64,000 bases of DNA from Planktothrix sp. GU0601_MAG3 (GTDB taxonomy: Bacteria > Cyanobacteriota > Cyanobacteriia > Cyanobacteriales > Microcoleaceae). Positions 57,293-64,000 of this stretch are shown in pieces. The position numbers and the translations under genes were made by a program. Below the pieces are notes generated by a model. It was not told where the DNA came from and ran no database searches. It saw only the letters and a list, made by a program, of their open reading frames with translations. The stretch spans positions 1,504,001 through 1,568,000 of the forward strand of contig CP136572.1 in the NCBI GenBank assembly GCA_035193785.1, read 5' to 3'. Position 1 is the stretch's first letter; each line of letters starts with the position of its first letter.

Positions 57293-57940
57293 ATGACTAC
57301 AGCGACTTTAACAATACCTGAACAACGCACGGTTTTAAATCAAGTCAGTTGGCAAACATTTATTAATTTATTAGACGATTTAGGGGATAATCGTGTCGCT
57401 CGTTTATATTATGATCAGGGAGTGTTAGAAATTATGACTCCATTGGGAGAACACGAGAATAACAATCGGTTTATTGAGTGTTTAATTGGTGTGATTGCAG
57501 ATGAATTAAACTTAAATCTTAAAAGATTTGGGTCTTTGACGTTAAAACGAGAAGAATTATTAAAAGGTGCAGAACCGGATTCTTGTTATTATTTGAATAA
57601 CGAACCCTTAGTTAGACATAAACAAAATATTGATTTAGCATCAGACCCGCCCCCTGATTTAGTATTAGAAATTGATATAACTAGCAGTTCTTTAGATAAA
57701 CAAGCAATTTATGCTGCTTTTGAAATTCCTGAACTATGGCGTTATAATGGTCAGAAATTAGAGGTTTTTGTTTTAGATAAAACAACTCAATCCTATCAAA
57801 AATCAACTCAAAGTTTACATTTTCCCTGGCTCCCTTTAGAAATTATTCCCCAATATATTCGTCAAAGTTTAAGGGATGGCGAAACTGCAACATTAAAAGC
57901 TTTTAGACTTTGGATTAGAGAACAATATCATGGCGAGTAA
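57293..57940 (+). CDS. Uma2-family endonuclease-fold protein
   Basis: GAEPDSCYY, PPPDLVLEIDITS, IPELWRY. Confidence 0.85.
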   Translation: MTTATLTIPEQRTVLNQVSWQTFINLLDDLGDNRVARLYYDQGVLEIMTPLGEHENNNRFIECLIGVIADELNLNLKRFGSLTLKREELLKGAEPDSCYYLNNEPLVRHKQNIDLASDPPPDLVLEIDITSSSLDKQAIYAAFEIPELWRYNGQKLEVFVLDKTTQSYQKSTQSLHFPWLPLEIIPQYIRQSLRDGETATLKAFRLWIREQYHGE

Positions 57941-57951
57941 TTATCAAAACC

Positions 57952-58452
57952 CTATTGTTGTTTATCCGTAATTGAAATCACATAGGGGTGATAGGCATTG
58001 GGTTTATAAGACCCCACCCAAATTTCATATTTCCCCGATAACCATTGACCCTCAATGCTAGGATTCATGTCTTTAGCATCATCACTACACCAACTTCCCC
58101 CCGGCCCTCGAATTACTAAAACCGTATCTTCACTACTTTGGACTTGGAGTTTCAAATAATCAAAAAAACTGGTTAAAATTATCGTATGATCCGGTTGTTG
58201 ATCTACATAACCCTGACAAGTTCCGGTTTGGGTTTCTTGGCGTCCAGTGATATCCTTGGCCAAAGTTGGCCCTCCACTTAATCCGCGAATCAGCAGGGGG
58301 TTAGGGCTGAATTGGGGACTGAGGGTAATATTTTCAAACATGGGGGTGGATGCGCCGTTAAACGGTTGAGCTTCCACTGAACGAGGCAGTAATAACCCAA
58401 CCGTCACCATCACAACGCCCAATGCTAAGTTTTTGAGAGTGGCATTAGTCAT
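57952..58452 (-). CDS. Secreted hypothetical protein
   Basis: Signal peptide; DTVLVIRGPGGSWCSDD, YEIWVGSY. Confidence 0.65.
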   Translation of the reverse strand: MTNATLKNLALGVVMVTVGLLLPRSVEAQPFNGASTPMFENITLSPQFSPNPLLIRGLSGGPTLAKDITGRQETQTGTCQGYVDQQPDHTIILTSFFDYLKLQVQSSEDTVLVIRGPGGSWCSDDAKDMNPSIEGQWLSGKYEIWVGSYKPNAYHPYVISITDKQQ

Positions 58453-58469
58453 TGTTAGAACTGTTTTGT

Positions 58470-59603
58470 TTATGATTTTTTACCCAGGATTTCTTCTTTG
58501 AGGGTATTAAAATCTGCACTGAGTTCTTTGCGGTTATCTGCCTTGAGGAGATAACGATAAATAAACCAAGCTGAGTATCCTAAACCAACGGTTTCAAAGG
58601 TAGGTTTGATTAGAGGAATCTCATTAATAATTTCTACTAATCCTACTAAAATTTTGAAGGTAATTAAGAAGGCAACGATTAAACCGACCGTGGTTAAAGG
58701 ACGTTTGTAATCTCTAAAGAAACTGCCTAAATTTTCCGGTAGTTCAGATAAAAATGCGAGAATTTCTTCTTTCATTGGTTGTACAGATTGGTTAACAGAA
58801 TCATAGGAGAATGTCGTGGGAGAATCAACCACCACTTCAACTTTACTGGCACTGATCGGTTCAGCATTGAATAAAATTTCCGTTGCTGAAGTATTCACCC
58901 ATTTTGGTTGATCTTCAACCAAGGGTTCGGGGGTGGGTTCCTGGGCGATCGCTTCCGGTTCTTCCTCCACCATAGGAGGTTCCTCTGCTACCGTTTGTTC
59001 CACTAGGATAATGGGTTCGGATACCGTCGGTTCGGGTATCGGTTCTTCCTCCACTATAGGCGCTTCCTCTGCTATAGGTGTTTCCACCACCGCAACGGGT
59101 TCAGGGGCGAGTTCCTCTACGGGCGTTTCCACCACCGCAACGGGTTCGGGGGCGAGTTCCTCTACGGGCGTTTCCACCACCGCAACGGGTTCGGGGGCGG
59201 GTTCCTCTGCTACGGGCGTTTCCACCACCGCAACGGGTTCAGGGGCGGGTTCCTCTACGGGTGTTTCCACCACCGCAACGGGTTCAGGGGCGAGTTCCTC
59301 TACGGGCGTTTCCACCACCGCAACGGGTTCAGGGGCGAGTTCCTCTACGGGCGTTTCCACCACCGCAACGGGTTCAGGGGCGAGTTCCTCTGCTACGGGC
59401 GTTTCCACCACCGCAACAGGTTCAGGGGCGGGTTCCTCTACCACTATAGGGGGTTCTGAAGATGAGGATAGGGGGGAATCAACTCCCGTTTCTGCCTCGG
59501 ATGCTTGGGTAGGTGTAGGATCAACTGTCGGCTGAGATTTTTTAGACTGGGAAGCATTGCCTTTTGCATCGGATGATTTGCGAGATCTGGGAGAATTTGC
59601 CAT
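58470..59603 (-). CDS. CAAD/CURT1-like membrane protein with a long acidic repeat N-terminus
   Basis: C-terminal INEIPLIKPTFETVGLGYSAWFIYRYLLKADNRKEL. Confidence 0.8.
   Translation of the reverse strand: MANSPRSRKSSDAKGNASQSKKSQPTVDPTPTQASEAETGVDSPLSSSSEPPIVVEEPAPEPVAVVETPVAEELAPEPVAVVETPVEELAPEPVAVVETPVEELAPEPVAVVETPVEEPAPEPVAVVETPVAEEPAPEPVAVVETPVEELAPEPVAVVETPVEELAPEPVAVVETPIAEEAPIVEEEPIPEPTVSEPIILVEQTVAEEPPMVEEEPEAIAQEPTPEPLVEDQPKWVNTSATEILFNAEPISASKVEVVVDSPTTFSYDSVNQSVQPMKEEILAFLSELPENLGSFFRDYKRPLTTVGLIVAFLITFKILVGLVEIINEIPLIKPTFETVGLGYSAWFIYRYLLKADNRKELSADFNTLKEEILGKKS
59078..59440 (-). repeat. In-frame 42/45-bp coding tandem repeat (EE[LP]APEPVAVVETPV[A]), about 8 copies
   Basis: Direct reading. 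Confidence 0.9.
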
Positions 59604-59623
59604 AATATCTGCCTCGTTAAATA

Positions 59624-61072
59624 TTAACCCGGTAAAACAGTTTGAAAACGAATTAAATCAATCCCTTTTTGATGGAACAATAACCAAGATTCGATTAAAT
59701 CTGGGCCGTGCATGGTTCCCATCAAAGCTGCTCTGAGCGATCGCATTACTAACCCTTTTTTGACGTTTGTTTCCTTCATCGCACTATTAATGATGGCTTT
59801 AGCAGCATCCGATGTTAAGGGTTGATCTCGTTGTTGGGTTATTTTATCCTGAATTGCCTGCACAATGGCGATCGCATTTTCCTGTTCTAATTGAGTTTTT
59901 GCTTCTTCGTCTAACTCAACGCTTTCGGTGAAAAATAATCGGCTCATTTCCACCGCATCCTTAAGAGTAGTTAAACTAGGCCCAATTAATGCCGTAAGCT
60001 GTTCTAACCAAGATTGATCAATATTGGAGTCAAATTGATAACCCGATCCTTGCCAATAGGGAATTAATAACTGAGTTAATTCTGGGATGGGCATTTTATG
60101 AAGATATTGGCTATTAATCCAATTTAATTTATCCCAATCAAATTTTGCCCCAGCCTTATTTACCCGATCAAAACTAAAGTTTTTGGCTGCGGTTTCTAAG
60201 GTAAATAATTCTTCCGTCGCATCGGGGGGAGTCCAACCCAATAGGGTCATATAATTGGCTAAAGCTTCTGGAATATATCCCATATTTCTAAAATCAGAAA
60301 TTGAGGTCACACCATCCCGTTTGGATAATTTGCGACCCTCAGCATTCAAAATTAAAGGAGTGTGACCGAATTGGGGAATAGCGGCATTTAAAGCTTCATA
60401 TAACAGAATTTGTTTAGGAGTATTAGAAATATGATCTTCCCCTCGAATAACATGGGTAATATTCATATCAATATCATCAACAACCACCACAAAATTATAT
60501 AGAGGTTGCCCAATTTCGCCGCTACTAGAAGCCCGGGCAATCACCATATCACCGCCTAAATCACTGCCCTTCCAAGTGACTTTTCCCCGGACTAAATCAT
60601 TCCAACTAATTTCTCGATCATCGTCTATTCTGAAGCGAATCACCGCTTGGCGACCTTCGGCTTCAAAGGCGGCTTGCTGTTCGGGGGTAAGGTGACGATG
60701 GCGGTTATCATAGCGGGGGGCTTCATTTCTCGCCTTCTGCCCTTCTCGCATGGCGTCTAGTTCTTCTGGGGTACAATAGCAACGATAGACCAAGCCTTTC
60801 TCCAGTAGGGTTTGGATAGCTTGACGATATAATTCTAAACGCTCGGATTGATAGAATGGCCCTTCATCCCAGGTTAGACCTAACCAGGTTAACCCGGTGA
60901 GGATATTTTCCGTATATTCGGGGCGAGAGCGTTCTAAGTCGGTATCTTCAACCCGCAGAACAAAAGTCCCCCCTTGGTTGCGGGCAAATAACCAGTTAAA
61001 AACGGCAGTTCTAGCAGTTCCTATATGTAAATTTCCGGTGGGACTTGGAGCAAGACGAACTCTAACAGTCAT
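59624..61072 (-). CDS. gltX: Glutamate--tRNA ligase
   Basis: [21 protein letters not shown]. Confidence 0.96.
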   Translation of the reverse strand: MTVRVRLAPSPTGNLHIGTARTAVFNWLFARNQGGTFVLRVEDTDLERSRPEYTENILTGLTWLGLTWDEGPFYQSERLELYRQAIQTLLEKGLVYRCYCTPEELDAMREGQKARNEAPRYDNRHRHLTPEQQAAFEAEGRQAVIRFRIDDDREISWNDLVRGKVTWKGSDLGGDMVIARASSSGEIGQPLYNFVVVVDDIDMNITHVIRGEDHISNTPKQILLYEALNAAIPQFGHTPLILNAEGRKLSKRDGVTSISDFRNMGYIPEALANYMTLLGWTPPDATEELFTLETAAKNFSFDRVNKAGAKFDWDKLNWINSQYLHKMPIPELTQLLIPYWQGSGYQFDSNIDQSWLEQLTALIGPSLTTLKDAVEMSRLFFTESVELDEEAKTQLEQENAIAIVQAIQDKITQQRDQPLTSDAAKAIINSAMKETNVKKGLVMRSLRAALMGTMHGPDLIESWLLFHQKGIDLIRFQTVLPG

Positions 61073-61182
61073 ATTGATATCAATTCTTAATTTAACATAG
61101 TCGTAAAAACGCACTGATAAGGCTATCCTACCATTATTAAGTTCCCTCTCGGCAGGAATTTTTCTCTAAAGCAGGTTAATAG

Positions 61183-61942
61183 TCAAGGTTTTTCAAATAC
61201 TAAAAAATGTTGTTGGGGTAAAAAATCTTGGGTTTCTTTCCAGTTTAAACCCACGGCTGCCATTTCTTTTTTTACTTGTTTTTCCGACATTTTATGGAGT
61301 CCTTTAATTAAAATTAACGGGTTTTCCCGACGATATTCTAATAATACCACCCGTCCCCCTGGTTTTAAGGCTTTAACAATTCCTTGCATCATTTCTTGGG
61401 GATATTGAAATTCATGGTAAGCATCAACCATTAGGGCTAAATCCACGGTAGATTCTGGTAAATTCGGGTGATCTTCCGTTCCCAAAATCGGTTCAATATT
61501 TTGAATATTTTCCTGGGTTTTAACAAAATTTATGAGATCCAACATTTCCGGTTGTACATCCACAGCCAAGACTTTTCCCTGGGGAACTAAAGGACTAATT
61601 CTAAAGCTAAAATATCCCGTTCCCGCCCCAATATCGGCGACAATATCGGTGGGTTTTAAATTTAAGGCGGCGATTGCCTGTTGCGGTTGTTCGGAGGTTT
61701 CCCGACCAGAACGTTTCTAACCATCCGGCCCCCTGATGACCCATCACTTGAGCAATTTCCCTCCCGAGATAAAATTTTCCGATGCCATCGGGACTGTGAA
61801 GGGTGCGGTATTCATAGACAGAATCAACCCCAGGGGAGGTTAAGGTTAAGGCGATGGTGGGGTCGGAGTTGACACATCCGAGCAAAATCAAGGCAATGCT
61901 ATAAAGAATGGGGGATAAATACCGATATAAAGATTTGATCAT
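61183..61942 (-). CDS. Class I SAM-dependent methyltransferase, lipoprotein-like (frameshift near 61713)
   Basis: GREIAQVMGHQGAGWL, ADIGAGTGYF, LMVDAYHEF, LPQQH. Confidence 0.82.
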
Positions 61943-62032
61943 GGTTTGGCGAAAAATTACAACTCTTGTTAAACTGGAAAAAACAGTACATAATAAAAAT
62001 AGGGTGCAATTATTTCATAGGAGAATTATACT

Positions 62033-62359
62033 TTGCATCAAGAATATAACAAATTAGTGCGCGATCGCATCCCAGAACTGATTCAAAGATCTGGATTTCA
62101 GTATGATATTATAACCTTATCCGAAACCGAATATCGTCAAGCCTTAAAGGATAAACTACTCGAAGAAGCCCAAGAAGTAGCTCAATCCTCACCTGGGGAA
62201 TTAGTGCAAGAATTAGCGGATTTATTGGAGGTAATAGCGGCATTAATGGAAGCCCATGGAATTGCAGATGAACATATTTTATTAGAACGGGATCATAAAC
62301 GGGCAGAAAAGGGAGGATTTGAACATAAAATCAAATTACTCTGGACTAAATCTACTTAA
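62033..62359 (+). CDS. MazG-like nucleoside triphosphate pyrophosphohydrolase
   Basis: YNKLVRDRIPE, KLLEEAQE, ELADLLEV, KRAEKGGF. Confidence 0.82.
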   Translation: MHQEYNKLVRDRIPELIQRSGFQYDIITLSETEYRQALKDKLLEEAQEVAQSSPGELVQELADLLEVIAALMEAHGIADEHILLERDHKRAEKGGFEHKIKLLWTKST

Positions 62360-62377
62360 TTTTTATGCACATTAATT

Positions 62378-62848
62378 ATGGCTGTTACAAGAATTAAAAT
62401 TGCTAAAGATAAAGCGGAATTAGTGCGATCACTCACGGAAATAGAAAGTAAGACCGGGCCATTTCAGACCTATGCTGATGTGATCGCCTTTGCCGCACTA
62501 TTGGGAAAACGGCGAAAAAAACGGATGACCGTTGATGGACTTTCTAAACGTGATCCAGGGCCAATTTCCCTGGAGGTTTTTATTTCTAGGGGATATGATG
62601 CAATTATCAAATTAGTGGCGATTTCAGAAACCCAAAATACTAAACTTTTATCTCCTTTTGAACTAGAAGCAGAAGAAGAAAGGGCATTGATTTTTGAAGA
62701 ATATGCCAATGGGGGCTTAGAAATATTGCGGGAAGAATGTCGCGGGACGGTTGATTATGCAGATCGATTATTGTTAATATTAATGGCAGAACACGATCGC
62801 CCAACCCAAACCGAAGGCGAATTTGATTTAAGTCGTTTTCTGGGTTAA
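62378..62848 (+). CDS. DNA phosphorothioation-associated protein 4-like
   Basis: RIKIAKDKAELV, GPFQTYADVIAFAA, IFEEYANGGLEIL, FDLSRFL (family recognised from memory). Confidence 0.7.
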   Translation: MAVTRIKIAKDKAELVRSLTEIESKTGPFQTYADVIAFAALLGKRRKKRMTVDGLSKRDPGPISLEVFISRGYDAIIKLVAISETQNTKLLSPFELEAEEERALIFEEYANGGLEILREECRGTVDYADRLLLILMAEHDRPTQTEGEFDLSRFLG

Positions 62849-62923
62849 ATCATCTATAGAGTAAAATAACCAAGTGATCTGAATCTTAGATCAATTTCCC
62901 TGGCCTCAACTGATTTTCACAAT

Positions 62924-64000
62924 ATGCAATCCAAACGGCAAAGACAACTGATTACCCACGAAACCATTTTAATTTATGAACGAACCTATCGATTGCCCGT
63001 TCTCAAAAATAACGGTGTAAAAGCAGTTCAGAAAAAAATTAGAGAACATCAGAAATTAATTAAAGAGGGTGTTCGATACCGTTATCAGTTAGGAGGAATA
63101 ATTAAGCGAAAAGAAGAAATTAGCCAGGGAGAAATTTTTAATGAAATTCAATTATTTATTAAGGATTATAGTCATATTATTGATTTATTAGAAAATTATA
63201 GGGATAGTTATTATAGATTTTTGGTAACCCTGGCTGATGACTTAAAAAAGTTATTCAAACAAAAATATTCTGAGATAAAAAATTTAGAAAATGAAAGAAG
63301 AAAATTAGAGCTAAAAAATAATGAAAATCCTAAAATATTGGAGGAACTAAAATGGGAAAAGCAAGAAAACTTTAAGGCGGTTTTATTGTTAAGCAATGCT
63401 TATTTTTTGATGTTGGAAAAAATCAGATTGATTAGTGAAGGAATCCAAAAACTTTCAGAAGACACCAAAAATCAAAAAGAAATTGTTCAGCAAATCGTCA
63501 AAGATTTAGAAGTCTATCAAGAGATTTATGAATATCAAAGCAAAGCCTATAAAGTTCGTCAAAAAATCGCAAAAATTGCCCATAATGCCATTAATTTCGA
63601 TAACTCTTTACAGGATTATTTCAGCCCCTTTCAATCTTTAATTGATGAAATTGTCAAGGTAGATGAATATTTTTATGCCACGGTCGGAGATATTAAAAAT
63701 TTAGGGGATAATATTTTAAAGTATAATACAAATTTAGTAGATCTTGAAGATAATGGGGTGATTTCTGAAACTTTTCTTGATTTTATGGTGACCAGTTATG
63801 AGAAAAAAGCCCGATTAAAAGATGCCTTTATTCAATCTCAATTATTAGACTGGCAAATCCATCATTTTGATGGGAGTGAAAATGGTGTATTTTTAGATCA
63901 AAGTATTGATTTAATCTCTAACTATATCTCCAACCAACTCACCGACCAAAGAAAAGTTTTAGGCATTACGGAAGTAACATTTATTCCTACCGTCCCCCTA
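62924..64000 (+). CDS. Large coiled-coil-rich hypothetical protein, open to the right edge
   Basis: Manual translation MQSKRQRQLITHETILIYERTY..., 359 codons with no stop; absent from the ORF track. Confidence 0.75.
   Translation, partial: MQSKRQRQLITHETILIYERTYRLPVLKNNGVKAVQKKIREHQKLIKEGVRYRYQLGGIIKRKEEISQGEIFNEIQLFIKDYSHIIDLLENYRDSYYRFLVTLADDLKKLFKQKYSEIKNLENERRKLELKNNENPKILEELKWEKQENFKAVLLLSNAYFLMLEKIRLISEGIQKLSEDTKNQKEIVQQIVKDLEVYQEIYEYQSKAYKVRQKIAKIAHNAINFDNSLQDYFSPFQSLIDEIVKVDEYFYATVGDIKNLGDNILKYNTNLVDLEDNGVISETFLDFMVTSYEKKARLKDAFIQSQLLDWQIHHFDGSENGVFLDQSIDLISNYISNQLTDQRKVLGITEVTFIPTVPL

Noticed and set aside
58933..59535. Ser/Thr/Gly-rich and Pro/Arg-rich plus-strand ORFs
   Set aside because: Antisense shadows of the CAAD gene repeat.

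Overview
Chromosomal DNA from a cyanobacterium: it has many HIP1 sites (GCGATCGC), heptamer tandem repeats and psb/ndh/cmp genes. A filamentous Oscillatoriales such as Planktothrix is an inference only. The window is mostly housekeeping: NdhR/CcmR-like LysR, cmpABCD, purE, nagA, rubA-ycf48-psbEFLJ, ndhCKJ, ndhAIGE, gltA, sixA, moaE, cobH-like, dapB, chlI, ruvC, argD and gltX. Accessory or mobile parts are a group II intron running off the left edge, an ISAzo13-family IS with TIRs and a 3-bp TSD, a higBA-hicAB toxin-antitoxin cluster, an AAA ATPase + DUF4276 pair, three Uma2 genes, a MazG-like + dnd-associated gene pair, and many REP/MITE/STRR-like repeats. About 20 genes, several essential, are split by single-base indels, most likely assembly errors. 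The most striking locus is 35957-38980. A Ser/Thr kinase-GUN4 gene ends in a sharply adenine-depleted segment, a candidate DGR-type variable region with no template or DGR RT in this window. It is followed directly by an 8 x ~191-bp tandem array of REP-like double hairpins with mosaic SNPs. Product names come from motif recognition, not database searches.
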